From positions 18,414,001 to 18,478,000 of the forward strand of contig CM060734.1 in the NCBI GenBank assembly GCA_030704615.1: a stretch of DNA of 64,000 nt, written 5' to 3'. The DNA comes from Takakia lepidozioides (Eukaryota > Plantae > Bryophyta). The notes below the pieces were generated by a model. The model was not told where the DNA came from. It worked only from the letters and a program-made list of their open reading frames with translations, and ran no database searches. A program made the position numbers and the translations under genes. Shown piece by piece: positions 48,825-63,800 of this stretch. How positions within the stretch are numbered: position 1 is the first letter of the stretch; each line of letters begins with the position of its first letter.

Positions 48825-51800
48825 ATGCAGGGACAGGGGGTGCAGGAGGCGCCGGCCAGCAGCCGGGCCCCCGCCTCAGCATTGCCAGCATCCACCCCTG
48901 CATCATCCCTAGCAGCCCTACAACCATGGCCCCAGTTGCCACCCCCACACTTGCTGCATCTGCAACAGGTATGTTTGTGGAGCAGTAGCTTCTGTGTAGG
49001 CACCCACAATTTACTTGGCTTTTGATTCTGGACCTTCCCTGTTCGTTTGGCCGCTTTGCTGCCTTGGTGTTGTGTGTAGGGGAGGATGGGTTCCACGATC
49101 GATGGGAATTATCCACTGCTAGGGTTTCAGGGTCAGATAATTTCACTCCCCGTCTCTGTTCTGTTCAAATGGTATGCGGCGATGGTTCCTTTTGGCTGCA
49201 CACTTGTCCGTTTCCCACCCCATATTGGTCGCAGTGTTACTTGGAAATGATACCCGGTTTTGGACGCTGTGAGGTGCCGATTTCAAAATCTCTGGTCCGG
49301 ATGGTTGTGAGATATTTCTGCGACAAGGTCAAGATATTGAAAATATCGGATCTCCTGGATCCCCTTTTACTCTTCACGGATCTGTCTGTGTGCGTTCACA
49401 GCGGCTGCGTTCATACATGGGTTTTTTTGCATGAAACGGATTAGGGTTTTATTTCACAGAGTGCAGCAGGGGAGATCCGAGATATCTTATATTGTGTCCA
49501 GTAAGTGGAAGTGGGGTATGGTGACCTCCTCTTGGATCTCTAAAAGCGGTCGAGTGCCTGAAATCACTAAGTTCTATCTGGAGGCTCTTATTAGGCCATA
49601 GGCAGGATTGAGCTGCTGTGAACACCGGTATCATCCGGGCTCAGATGCACTGGAGCAGAGTTGTCTGGATTTGTCTTGGGAGTTGCGTGTGACATCCTGT
49701 TTTTGGGGGTTTTTTTTTAGGGTGACTTGCAACGATAAGGTTGAATGAATGGAAGGTTATCTTGGCTCTCCTACAAGTTTTTGGGCTGTCTCAAACTTCT
49801 TCAAAAGGATTTGATGACACCTGCCCCCCCATACGTACTTGCCACTTGTAGGGAAATGCACGTAATGTCATAAGTCGTAGTAATACAGCTCAGGGCGATG
49901 GAGCCTGGGATGCAAGTTCTTCCCCTGTGTCATACCATCAAGTGGGTACCACCGGGGTATGCAGTATAACTCCATGGGACTCTGGTAGAGGCTCTTGTGC
50001 AGAGATAGATACAGTCGTTTGGGCACCTTGTAGTAATACCTGCAGAAGATTATGGAAATATTTCCCACTACTGGTGGACTACTGGTGGACTCATACTTTA
50101 TAAAGAGCCTAAAAGTGCTTAGTTAAGGGTTTGTCATCCCCCTCAACGCTGTTCCTTCAAACACAAAGAAGTTGTACTGTTAGGGTTTGTTGCTATGTTT
50201 GTGCATAATGTGTCCTGTCTCACCTGTTTTACAAGTTGTGTTGGAAGTGGGAGCTGAAAGCTTGGGGTCTTTGGGGCGACTGGCTGTCCTGCAATGTGCC
50301 AAAATCGTCGAGAAGTAATATTTATAATTATATGATGAAGCACAGGGTGTCATTGGTGCTTGTTGCTAATGTCAGAGCTTGCACCCTATGCGTGGAAATA
50401 ATGTTTTAGTGCAACTGCATAGGATGAGCAGATCAAATTTTTGATTGCGGTTTCTACTGGGTTTTTCCTTACAGTCACTACAGCAGTTACGGGAAAGTGG
50501 TCAGCATAATGACCCTCGATACAAGACTCTACTTGCTCTCCTTCAGACTCAGCAACCTGTTGGCCCCTATCAAGGAGTTGGGAGTACTGGCAGTGGCAGT
50601 GGTGGGGGGGCTCCTGGGCCCACCCCGCTGTTGCTCCCACCCAGAACTCTGCAGGATGTAGCTGCCACACAGGTCCATGGGCGGACTTCTGTTGATGCAC
50701 AGGGACAAGGCTCTGTGTCATGTGATCCTGTCCTTGGGGCACAGTTGCATGCCCAAGCCTATCTGCAGCATGCCTTTCATGCAGCACAACAAAAAGCGCA
50801 GGCCAATTCCCATGCTCAGCAGAAGGCTGCCAAGGGCCTCCAATCAGGAGCCTCTCAGGACTACAGCGTGTCAACAAACCTCAAGCTGCAGGTACTGTGC
50901 CTGGTTTCTTTGCTCAAGTGGCAACCCAATTCACAGCATGCTATCCACACACAATCCAGAAATGTGGTGTGAGGCTCAGGATGGAAGTCACACGAAGTGA
51001 ACATGTTTGAATTGTACAAGGACAGAAAGTGTTAGAAAAACTGCTTCCATTTGCAAAGCTTCTTGTGCCTGGTAATAGGTTTACCCTCTGTCCCATGATC
51101 TCCTGGTAATATTTAGTGCCATGTGATCATTAGTAAGTTTACATGCAAATTTCATGGTTGCAAGAGTGTGTGTTTGCCACAGGAATTGATGAACCATCAG
51201 GCTGCAAGGCAAGGGCAGCTGCCAACTCAACCGGGATCATTTGGAGGTGGACAGAGTAATGCCGCAGAAAAGCCAAGGGATCGTGAACGGACTAGTACTC
51301 AGCAAGCTCGCAGCGACTTGATCTCTCAGCCTTATCTTCATGCTACTCTCTCAAGACCAATATCTGGGATTGTGCAGGCAGTTCCAAATCATCACCAGCG
51401 TATCCAGAGCAACCCAAGTGCGCAGTTTGGGAGCATTGCTCCCCAGCAAGTGTCTATTGCTCCAACCCCACAGTCCAACACTGCTCTTTCGTCCCAGTCC
51501 CACTTACCCCCACAGTTCCTACCCCAGCTCCAAGCCCGCTTGGTAGCTATGCAGAAAGCCGCTGGGCAAGGTGGGGTTGTGACATCACAACCAAGACCAT
51601 CAGCAACAGTCACTGCACAGGTTGCTCCAACTGCGGGTGGTGCTGGCCCAGAACGAAGCACAGTAGGTGCGGGCCCTTCCCCTGGTATTACCCTGAGTGG
51701 TCCTATGACAAGTGGGTTTCCTAACCAGGCAGTCATGTTTGCAAATCTTCGGCAAAGTCAGGTTGGCAGCACGTCATCGCCACTGGGGACAGCCCCCACT

Positions 51801-54800
51801 GTCAGGTCCAACTTTGTAGCTTTTCATCATCCTGTTTCTCAACCCAGCGAGTTGAGGGGGCCACTTGGTGTGAAAATACATCAAAATGCAGGTCCATCCT
51901 ACTCCCACCCTGGATGATTTATCTGCAATGTGGATGTTTTGTAAAGCAACGGGTTCTGCATTAGGCTTAGCATTAGGCTTTGTGCTCCATGGTGACCACT
52001 TCTGTTGGTTTGAAGTGTGCATATGACAGCACTATCCAGGCGCTGTCTAAAGGGTGCCTCTAAAGGGTGCCATGAGACTGGCAAGCAGGATCAGCAGGTC
52101 TACAGCTTTAGTTCAAATTGGAGTTGTTTATGATATATACTCTCACATACCAGTCTACTTTTCTGGCTGATTTTTTTTTCTTTCTGCAGTTGGGGTGTCT
52201 CTGTCTGGGTCTGCAAGCTGCTCCCTGTCATCGTCAAATGCTCCATCCTCAGACTCGACTGTGGGAGACTCTGTCCATAGTGCAGGTAGTGGACAGTTGC
52301 AACAAGTTCGCCCATTGTCTCATCCACAGACCATCAGACCGAGCTCACTACCTGGGGGGGCTGCTGATGGTCTTTCACCTGCCCAGCAGGCTAATCAGCA
52401 GGCAAGGCCATCTCCAAACCAACAGCCACAAGGTGTTGGCTTCACACGGCATCAGCTTATGGCACTTCGAAACCAAATTTTGGCTTTCAAGCGTCTGAAA
52501 GTACGCAAAGTATGTATCTTTCGTTTGACTCCTTACGCATGAACTTGCATTCAGGATTCATGTAAAGCAATGCGGCTGGACATTTGATGCTGTAATAAGT
52601 ATCTAGAGCTTGCAATGTAACCATCTGGCTGTCATGCTGGGGTGAAGTTCTGTGGGTATCATCTTCAAGAGCTATCATGTTGGATGCGGGGTGGGTTGGT
52701 CACACCGGTGTAGAAAGCTGTCAGGTGGAGAGTCATTCAAGGTTTGCTACTCAGTTCTTTTCTCTTACCAGGTGGATCGAATTCTGTGTCTTTGATCTCT
52801 TGTGGCTCATGCCTAATGTAATATTTCATTTTCTCCTTCTTGGTTTTCCTTCTCAGCGAGGGGATCATGCTCTTTCAGACGAGATTGTCCGGCTCATCAC
52901 TGGTACTCCTCGGCCCACCCAGCACAGCCCGCAAGCTGGGGGGATGTCAGGTGCTAAAGACCAGGGACTTAGTGCAGTGCCTGCAATGGAGGCTTCTGAA
53001 CTTTTGTCGACAGCTCCAAATGACACAAAAACGTCTGTGCAAGGAACGGAAATCAACCCCCAGGATCCGTCACTAATCAAAGGTCTACAGCCCCTCAGAG
53101 AAGGGGAGTTGAGGAAGGGAGAGGGTCCAACAGGTGTAGAGAAGATAACATTGAAGCCAAGTCTGATTGTTGGCGGTGAGCAAACAGGCTCTGCTAGTGT
53201 GAAACTTGAAACTCTGGTGGTAGCACAGTTGAAATTGGAGTCAGGGACCAAATTTGAACCATCCTTGAAAACAGAGCCAATTGCTTTAAAGCCAAGAAGC
53301 ATGGATTCAATCAGAGTGTCAGTGCCAGCTTTGACTACCAGCATGGCAATTGCGAAGGGTTTGGCGCTTGTTGTCCCAAGCACTCCAGCCTTTCAAAAGC
53401 CGTCTCAGGTGGTGCGGACCTTCCGCGGGCCACTATTCGATTTTCCACTTGTGAGCAAAAGGATTGATGGGGGGGCACTGTCACTAACTCCTCAGGCAGC
53501 GCTTTGGGGGCCTCCTATCTCTCTAGGATATAATGTCCGGGAGTTGCTATTAGAGGAAGGTGTCCGTGTAATTGACAAGAAGAGGGCAGAGAAACTCACT
53601 GTAATTGAGGATTTTTTATCTTCTGAGAAGGGTAAAAAGCAACTAAAGCCTGACCAAGTTGTGAAGCTTCGAATTGAGCAGCAGAAGCTAGGATTGATGG
53701 AACTTCAAGCACGGATTAGGGATGAAGTTGAGGAACAGCAGCAAGAGATTATGGCCATGGGAGAAAGGCCATACCGTAAATTTGTTCGCTTATGTGAGAG
53801 GCAGCGTACAGACCAAGCTAGACAGGTGTTGGCAGTGCAAAGGGCTTCCCGAGAGAAGTATCTGAAGTCACTGTTTCAGTGGCGCAAAAAGCTTCTGGAG
53901 TCCCAGTGGGCGTCCCGCGATGCCCGCATCACCCGGAACAGGGGGGTGGCCAAGTACCATGAGCGAATGCTACGTGAGTTTTCAAAACGGAAGGATGAAG
54001 ATCGCAACAAGCGAATGGAGGCATTGAAGAACAATGATGTTGATGCCTATCGAGAGATGTTGAGGCAGCAACAGACACAGCTGCCTGGAGATGCTGGAGA
54101 ACGGTTTGAGGTGCTTTCATCCTTTCTAACACAGACAGAGGAGTATTTGCACAAACTGGGGGGGAAGATTTCAGCAGTGAAGACTCAACAGGAGCGGGAG
54201 GAAGCTGCATTGGCAGCTGCTGCTGCTGCCAGAGCACAGGTAGCCTTTCCTATATATCTAAGTTTGTCATAGTGGTAACTGTTTGCATCCATGGTCATCT
54301 TGAAGCCAACTTTCCTCTCTGGTGGATGCTGCTCTGGATAAGCCACAAATTGTACAACTGCATGCTGAAATGTACTTTTCCTCACGAATGTTCAAGATGT
54401 GCCATATTTATGTTTAGTGGGTTAGACACGGGGCTTTTTACTACCTTGTGGCAGGCTTCTACAAGAACCTGGCTAGTGGGCATGGTAGGAATAGTCTCAT
54501 TTTACTGGAGACTTGAAATGACCGCGCAGGGGCTTTCGGAAGAGGAAGTAGAAGAAGCTGCAGTGCAAGCAGGTGAAGAAGTATCAGTCCAGGGTTGGCA
54601 GGCTGACAAGAGCGCCTCACATAATGCATCCGTAAATAAGTGAGTGGTGTTCATCTGAGCTCCTGGTGGTATGAGCTCATTTCATTCTCTTGGTGGCCTA
54701 TAGACCATCGGAATGACTTGGCAGGCGAAGTCCTTCCTCCTGCAAATGAGCACACACGTTACAACCTACCTAGCAGAGACTGGGTTGCTTGCATGCCTAT

Positions 54801-57800
54801 TATTCAGATTGATTTTGCACACACCATTGTAAATAAGTTTGTCTGTCCCACAAACACGTTAGGGATCATAGGCATCATTTTGTCCTTGTTGGCATAGTCT
54901 TATAGACAGTTTTGGCCATATCAGGGTTATGTTAAAGTCGCGACATCTGGTTGGGGATCACAGATATTACAGTTTGGCTCATGCTGTGCATGAGAAGATT
55001 CATCGGCAACCTTCAATGCTCTGCGTAGGCACCCTGCGAGATTATCAACTGGTCAGAGTTCGATGGCTGTAACCTTGCTTGAGTCACCTCCTACCAGGAT
55101 TTTATCAGTTTTGATTTAATTAACCTCTGAATTCTAGGGCTCTGTTGTGCCAGGGTTTTGGAATTAGTTTTCCCCTTTGGCCAATTCCAGTGTGGCTCAG
55201 CAGAGGGTCGGTCAGCTACTTATTTTTCTTAAATCCTTAGCAATGAATGCTAGGAGACTTGAACGGAACATGCAGGGGTTGTCTTTGTGAATTCCCAGGC
55301 ACATCTCTGGCTGGTTGTGTCCCTCTTGGTTTAAACATCATCTGAAATGGTCTATGTCTTCTGGGTTTGGTGGGCAGGTTGGTTTGCAGTGGATGCTGTC
55401 ACTGTACAACAACAGGCTTAATGGCATTCTGGCCGATGAGATGGGCCTGGGAAAGACTGTGCAGGTATTGCCGCTAATTTGAGAGTTGATGTACCAACAC
55501 GGAGCCTTTCATTTTTGAGAGAGAGGTAGTAGTGGAGAAGTGCAATGAGCTATCCATTACAGAGCTGGACAATTTGTTCTGGAGCTATTAGTGTTCCTGG
55601 TTCCAATGAGCTGCTTGTTGTGAGAGGGAATTTGGCTAGGTACCATAAGCCGTTTCCGCATGAGGGGTTATTTGCCATTGCTGAGCTGCACCGTTGCAAC
55701 CAGTTCTGTGGAACTATTTGATGTCGGCTTAAGCACAAGCAACATCAAATAATGTCTCCTTTCCGGGGGGCATTCTGCTGTAGTTGTGTTCCCACCTCCT
55801 AGATGCCCACAATCAATGCAATCTGTACTGGCATTCTGTTTGTGATCTTATACATTGATGTGTGCACAACAAATGTATCACTGGGCCGGACTACAGGTGA
55901 TGGCACTCATAGCCTATCTGATGGAGTTCAAAGGCAACTATGGTCCCCATCTCATCATTGTGCCAAATGCGGTGATTGTCAACTGGAAGGTTCCCACCCA
56001 TGCCTGTGATTTTCTCTTTCTTCTGCTAAACCCTAAACCCTAAACCCCAAACTGGGGAACGTTCCATTGTGGACTATATCATAATGGACAAAATTTTATT
56101 CCCCCAGTGTGCCAATGTGTTGATCGACAGAACTGATATTGGTACCTCTGACCACTTCCTGGTTTGGACTGAGATCAAAAGGTGTTTTCCCACCACGAAG
56201 AGATCTGTGAAACGTTCGATTCGGAAGTGGCGCATAGAAAAATTCCACAATGAGGAGGTCAAGGCTGAGTACGTCCAGGCTTGCAAGAGGCTCTCCCTCA
56301 ATTTGTCCAATCGCTCCAAGAACTTCAGTCACGCTCTGTTAACGCAAGAAATGAAGTCGAAAGAGCAGTGGACTCTTGGGAGAGTTTCGTTTCCTCCGTG
56401 GCTGACAAGATCATTGGGAGGAAACTAATTGTCTGCGGTAGAGCAGTTAATTGGTGGACTAATGAGATTAAACTCAAGATAGCTGAGAGACGAGCCCTCT
56501 ATAAAGAGTGCTGCAATTTGGAAACCAACAGAGAATTGTGGGCGAGGTACTACCAGCTCCGTAAAGATATCAATCAGCTTGTTAGGTCTCAGAAGAAATT
56601 ATACTGGGACAAGTTATACAGTGAAATAAACTCAAACCACCATGGTGGTAATGACATGAAATTCTGGTTGGCCCTTCAACGTTTGTACAAGCCGAAAAAC
56701 GGTCAGCAAGTACAAGCGCTGAAGACTACTAAAGGTGCAGTGGTGACTTCATCGATTGACATTGTCAAAACCTTTGAAACTCACTACAGTATCCTTGGCA
56801 GAACTTCTAGGTCTAACAGTGAGGGGTCTTCTGCTGAATGGAGGGACACAGTTGGAAAAACTGTTCCTATGATTCAAAACAGCCCTGATGAACTGGAGTA
56901 TATTTCAATGGCTTATAATGCTCCCATTAGTTCTTCTGAGATTGTGGAAGCAATTGAACATTTAAATGGATATAAAGCTGGTGGACCTGATGGAATTGTC
57001 AACGAGCTTATCAAGCACGGTGGCGATCCCATGATAGAGGCCCTAGTTCTCCTCTTTAACCTTATCTGGAAGACTGAAATGATCCCCTTTCGCTGGCGAC
57101 AGGGGGTCATTGTCAATCTATACAAGAAGGGTGACAGAGAAGAACCGGGGAACTACCGTGGCATCACGCTCCTCAATGCTGTTGGCAAGACATTCTGCAG
57201 AGTTATAAGTACTCGTCTCGAGGTTGATCTGGAGTCTAGAGGTTGTTTCCACGAAGGCCAAGCTGGCTTTCGGCGAAACAGGGGCTGTGTGGATCATATC
57301 TTCACTCTAAGCCAGATTATCCAGGGAAGGAAAAAAGAAGGGAAACCCACTTATGTCTTTTTCCTGAATGTCAAAAAGGCTTATGACACAGTATGGAGAG
57401 ATGGCCTATGGTTCCGCCTCTGGTCTTGTGGGATCAAGGGAAAGATGTGGAGAGTTGTCCACAACTTGTATGCTCACACCAAAAGCTGTGTCACTGTTAA
57501 CGGACAGAAGTCCAACTTCTTTGACATAGACCAAGGTGTAGCTCAAGGATGTACTCTCTCCCCTCTGCTCTTCAATGTTTTCATCAATCAACTCCTCGAG
57601 GATGTGGAAAGTGAGGGATTTGGGTTAAGGGTGGGTGATACCACCATACCAGCCCTTATGTTTGCAGATGACTTCGCAGGCATAGGGGTTACTCCAACCA
57701 ATCTTGATTGCGCGAAGAGATACTTTGATCTGTGGGGGCTAGAGGCTAATGTCAGCAAATGTGCAGTGGTAGCATTCAACGACAGAGGAGAGGGAGGAAG

Positions 57801-60800
57801 TGATCTTAAGTGGCAGTGGGGTAGCCAAGAGATCCCGGTCCTCCCTTCCTACACTTACCTGGGCGTTGAGTTCTCCTCCAATTGTAATTGGGATGCACAT
57901 ATCCGGAAAGTTTTTCAAACTGGCAAGGGCAAAGCTCTGGGGTTCACTCAATTTTTCCACTGCAGAGGGGTCAACTCTGAGGTTAAGAAAACCATGCTTT
58001 GTCGCGTTATTAGACCTGCCTTGGAGTACGGATCTGCTATATGGGTTGATAACTCCAACCAGGCTAAGTCTCTAAAATCCATTCAAGTGGGGGTGCTTAA
58101 GGAGTGTATGTCAGCATGCTCCAAAACAGCCAATGTGGCTGTTCGGGGTGAGTTTGGCATTCCGTCCCTAAGCTCCCGACGAGATGAATTCAAGGTCCGA
58201 TGGTGGGGTCAGCTGCAACATGTGCCCAACACCAGATATCCTAAGTTAATCGACTCTATATCTTGGAAACAGGACCGCCCTGTCAAACAGGCTAAGTCCT
58301 GGCAGAAGAGAGTAGAAGAGATTCTCAAGGACCTGGACCTGGATCCGCAAGACTTGACCCTGCTGGATAAATCTGACTTAGAGGCTGTAGTGTCCTCAGC
58401 CATGTCTGTTGCCATGAGATTGTCTGATGAAAATGAAGTTAGGCAGAAAACTTCCCTGAACTTGTTTCCAGTCTGTGACATGGGGGAGGACATCTTGGAT
58501 GACCTCAAGGGTCTACCCACTCTCGGCACTAGACTGAAATTTAAACTCAGGGCAGGAAGCCTACCTTTGAACAGCAAACAGAAGCAGAGAGGAAAGGGAG
58601 AGTGCAATTGCCCGTTGTGTGGGCAATCTGAAGACAGTATTCATTTTCTGATACACTGTCCGGGGTTCTCTCACCAAAGAGACGCTCTCTTCAAATCTAT
58701 TAAGGGAATTGTGCCTGTACCCCTGTTTACCAACTTTGAAAGTCTCGAGGCTGAGCCAAAAGCCCAGGCCCTCCTGAGGCCTAGTTTTTGGGCAAATCAC
58801 ACACAGCAGATTGATGCTTGTGTGAAGGGATTTCTAGAGGATATCTGGAAAACCCGGATTAATTCTTTATATGGAGGTAAGTCTTACTACCAACATCAAC
58901 CCCTGACAGAGGTAGGTTCTGTCCCTTTTGTTCCCGCTCAAACTGGGCTCGGGGTCAATGGCCACAAGGCTACGGCAAACAACGTCTTATGAGTACAATC
59001 TTTCTTCTGCTAAGGATGTACAAGCAGTGTCATATGTCTGGCAGGACATGGAGGATTGTCTAATTTTGGAATGAATGATTGCATGCAGTAATGTTGTATA
59101 TCAAGGCCAACTTCTGTGGCCAGAAATTTATTTTGTTGATCAACTGTCCAAGTTATATGAAAGCTTAGCAAAGTTTTGATATCAACTGGAGCCATTGGTG
59201 TCTAACCTGCTGCTCTTTCCTCTTATGTGTCCCATAGCTTGTCACTACCGTACATACATGTTGGTCTACTTGGTCCATGGGTTGGTGATAGACAGACACC
59301 AAGTCTATACTGCAATTCTCAGTTTATGGGTTGAAGATGAATCTGTGTTTGCTGTTCTCTGTATCCGTATCTATTTTGTCCCTGCTTCTTTCTTCCTTTT
59401 TTCTTTTTTCTTGTCTCTGTTTTTCATTTCTTTGCTGCTTGTTTGTTGTTTCCTATTCTGAATATCCCTCTAACCTTAGATTGGATCTTCCCAGTACTTC
59501 TTTTGCTACCTTTAAGTGGAAGTATGGATATCTTGATAGTTATAAGGATGCTATGTGTCTCAAGGCTCTTTGAAATTGTGCACTTGTTGCATTTTATTTT
59601 AGTTCTCTCACAGGGTATGTTTGTTGGTGCAGAGTGAGCTTCTTCGGTGGCTTCCTTCCGTGACTTGTATATTCTATGTTGGGGGGAAAGACCAACGCGC
59701 TAAAATCTACTCCCAGGTGTGTGTTCTTGTCTCCTCTGACAGATGTTGAGAGTGTTTACCCCTGGCTCTGCCGCAACAGTGCAAAATACTACACCAACTT
59801 TCTCTCTCCCTTCCTCTTCCTCTTCTGTGGTTGGTGTTATCTGGTGACTTTTCTGAGAAAGCTTGTGCGAATAATGCTTCAAAACTTGTGCAGGAAGTGT
59901 GCGCGATGAAGTTTAATGTCTTGGTTACAACTTACGAGTTTATAATGCGTGATCGTGCCAAGCTATCAAAAGTTGAGTGGAAGTATTTGATAATTGATGA
60001 GGCACAACGTATGAAGGACCGTGAGTCGCGACTAGCCCGTGACCTAGACCGCTTTCGGTGTCAACGTCGTCTGCTTCTCACTGGAACTCCCTTGCAGGTG
60101 CATATCATCCTGGAAGGAATCTGACTTTGCAATTCTGCTCTCATGGTCTTCCCAGTCTAGGTGTTACTGCTTTCATTTTATGCTATTCTGGAAGTGTTGG
60201 AATGCAGTGTACAGTCAGCGCCTCATTGAGAAGCACCCTTGTCAGATTCTGGGGGATAATTACTTTCTATCAGGGAAGCTGAACTAACTTAGATTTTCCA
60301 CCAAAAATGTCATCCTTCAGCTGGCACCTGTTGCACAATCCAGTTTGGGGCGGCAGGCAGGGTCATAGATGTGTGGAAAGCCCCTTGAGTACTTCATAGG
60401 TGCACCTTCTTTGGCTGTTGTGGAGGCATGTCTGTTGGGAAGCAGGGAAAAATGTGCTAATGGCTGGCTATCTGGCAGAATGACCTGCATGAACTGTGGT
60501 CACTCTTAAATCTTCTCCTGCCGGAAGTGTTCGACAATAGCAAGGCTTTCCATGAGTGGTTCTCAAAGCCCTTTCAGAAGGATGCTGCTGAAACTGATGA
60601 CGATGATTGGCTCGAGACAGAGAAAAAGGTGATTGTTATCCACAGACTGCACCAGATTCTTGAGCCATTCATGCTCCGACGGCGCGTGGAAGATGTTGAA
60701 GGATCTCTTCCGGCAAAGGTAAAATGGCACCTTGTGTACACTGGAGGATTCAGTCTCCAGATTCTGCTGAATCTAATAGAAATGTGAGGAGTGCGGGAAT

Positions 60801-63800
60801 TTGAAGCCTCTTCGAATTGCTTCCGTTTAAGATGTCATCGGCCACACAGGGAATAAAAAAATGCTTCTTAGCCTCGCTTCATGACTCCAACTGGTAACTA
60901 ACTGGGATGGAGCTTAATGATGTTAACCCTGACTAACTGGGACATTTGTGCTTACTAAAGTGATCCTGGATATTATCTTTGTGCTATCAGACACTGAAAG
61001 AGCTAGCCCCTTGTAGTAGTTCCATGTGCTTCCGTTACAAGTTTGCCCTGGGGTGTGGGGTTTACAGATATCCGTGGTTCTTAAGTGCAAGATGTCAGCC
61101 TTTCAGGCAGCAATTTATGACTGGATTAAAGTCACTGGGACAATTCGTATTGACCCGCAAGATGAGGCTCAGCGGGTGGCAGGAGGCAACAACAAACGCC
61201 AAGCACGTGCCTATGCCCCTCTTCAGAATAAGTGCATGGAACTGCGGAAAGTTTGCAACCACCCTTTCCTCAATTACCCGCCACGTGGTGCTCTTCTAAC
61301 TGACAGTGTGGTTCGGTTGTGTGGGAAGCTGTGGATTTTGGACCGCATCTTGGTGAAGCTCCATCACACCGGGCACCGTGTACTGCTATTTAGTACCATG
61401 ACAAGGCTCCTGGACATTCTGGAGGAGTATTTACAGTGGCGCAGGTTTGCATACAGAAGAATTGATGGAACCACCACCCTTGATGCAAGGGAATCTGCAA
61501 TTGTGGATTTCAACAGTCCAGGGTCAGAGTGCTTCATCTTCTTGCTCAGCATTCGGGCTGCTGGCAGAGGCCTTAACTTGCAGTCAGCTGACACTGTGGT
61601 GATCTATGACCCAGACCCAAACCCCAAAAATGAAGAACAAGCTGTTGCACGTGCACACCGCATAGGGCAGAAGAGGGAGGTCCGAGTGATTTATATGGAA
61701 GCTGTGGTAGAAAGTGTTCCAAGCTACCAAAAGGTAGATGAACTGCGGAGTGGGGGAACATTGGACGACGCCGACAACGAGATGGTACTGAGAATCTTCC
61801 TGGACCCCTGCGTTACGTACCTGTTTTCTGGTCATCCTCTTCAAGTCAGGCTACATATAATTCCCCACAGATTTCATGAGGCTAGCTGTCTTGCCGAATC
61901 CGAGGTCATGTTTTAGTATTCCTCATGTATGCGTGCTTGCAGCTTACCATCAGATGGTTTACATCCAACCAGGCCACACAGGGGCCCCCATAACCATATA
62001 AGCACATTTCTGCTAGAGTTGTCCCTCGATGCTCACTTTTTGATGCCTACGGCCAAACGCAGCAGAGAGCTAACTTGGAGTTTGAAGTGCTAACAAAATG
62101 CAGAGTTAATTTTCACATCCTGACTTTGCAATGTGTGATTGTTAATAGGCTGGAAAGGATCGCTATGTTGGCTCTGTTGAAAGCCTGGTGCGCAACAACA
62201 TTCAACAGCACAAGATTGACATGGCTGATGAGGTTATTAATGCGGGACGATTTGACCAGCGCACCACTCAGGAGGAGCGCCGCCTCACACTTGAAGCTCT
62301 CTTGCACGATGAAGAACGCTACCAGCAAACAGTCCATGATGTGCCTTCGCTCCAAGAAGTTAACCGAATGATTGCACGAACAGAGGAAGAAGTGGAGCTT
62401 TTTGACCAGATGGATGAGGAATATGATTGGCCAGGTGACCTGATCCCTCACCGCAAAGTCCCTAAGTGGCTTCAAGTTGGATCCCAGGAAGTCAAGGCAG
62501 CAGTTGAAGCCACATCAAAGCAGGCTATGAAGAGAGGTTTTGTGGAAGCTGTTGGCAGTCGTGAAGCTGAAGAAAAGTTACTTGCAAAGGCAACAAGGAG
62601 AATGGCTAAGGAGGTCCCTGACATGGACAGAATGCGTGGAACAGCTTCCAAGAATTCGAACAGAGAGGACAGGAGTCGCAGGGTTCAGAAAGAGACAACT
62701 ATACCCATGGAGGAACTGGAGGACGATGAGGAGGATGAGCGAGAGGCTGTAATAGAGGAAGCATTGATAGCTGCAGATGCTGATGATGAAGAGGAGGACG
62801 AGGGGGAGATTGATGAAGGGGATGATCAGGATGAAGGTCTGTACAATAAGGACTTGCTTGCCCGACAGAAATTCTCGCATCCACTTGAACACCAAGACTT
62901 TGTGTTTGTGAGCTGTTTGCATATAGGTCAGGCTCCCACGTGGAACTGCCAAGCACGATGGAGCCATTGAGGGTATATGAGCCTAGCTGAAGTCCTTATA
63001 TTGAACAAGTGTGCTATTTTTTCACTTTGTATCATATATCTATCAACATGCATTATCTGGGGATGTCGATGAGTTGACATCTGACAGTTGCACACTTCAA
63101 TTGTTCTTTGCCTTTTGCAGCTATGGTCCAGCAGGAAGAAGGGCAGGAGGTGGAGGAAGAGATAATCGAGGTAATATGGCATTACAAATTCTGCAAGTGT
63201 GGTGTATTTCAGGGCTTAAGCATTTCTTGCATCACATGTCTTGAAATTAAAGTGAGTGTTTGCAACAGACTAGGATTGGTGAATACCCGTAGAAATGTGT
63301 GTTTTGGATTTTAAATCACCCAAAGACTTCTGTCCATAAAGAGTTATTTGGATCATTTTAGGGAACACATATTCTCTATCTCACATTGTATCATTTTTTA
63401 TGTTACAGGTGATTGAAGAAGTGGATGATGACTTAGAGGATCAAGGGCTGGCTGCCCCCGTTGTGTCATCCTCCGATGAAGGGGAAGCATCTCCGGGAAG
63501 GTCTTACAGAGCTGCGCCGGTTGGGCAATTGCAAAAATTCGGGTCTTTGTCAGCTTTCGAAGGCAGGCCCAGTAAACCAGAAGAGGTGTGTGGAGATAGA
63601 GATACTTGGTGTACCTTCAATCAGGCAGGATGGTCCTTGCAGCAAGATCTAGTAAATAGTTGAGCTTCTCTCTATGCAGGGACGCAATGCCGGTTCAAGG
63701 CTAGGAGTTGTGCTGGGCAGGTGTAACATTACCATAAGAGGAAAGATCATTGTCCTGACATTATGTGTGTGTCTGGGATGTGATTACAGAGTGATGACCT

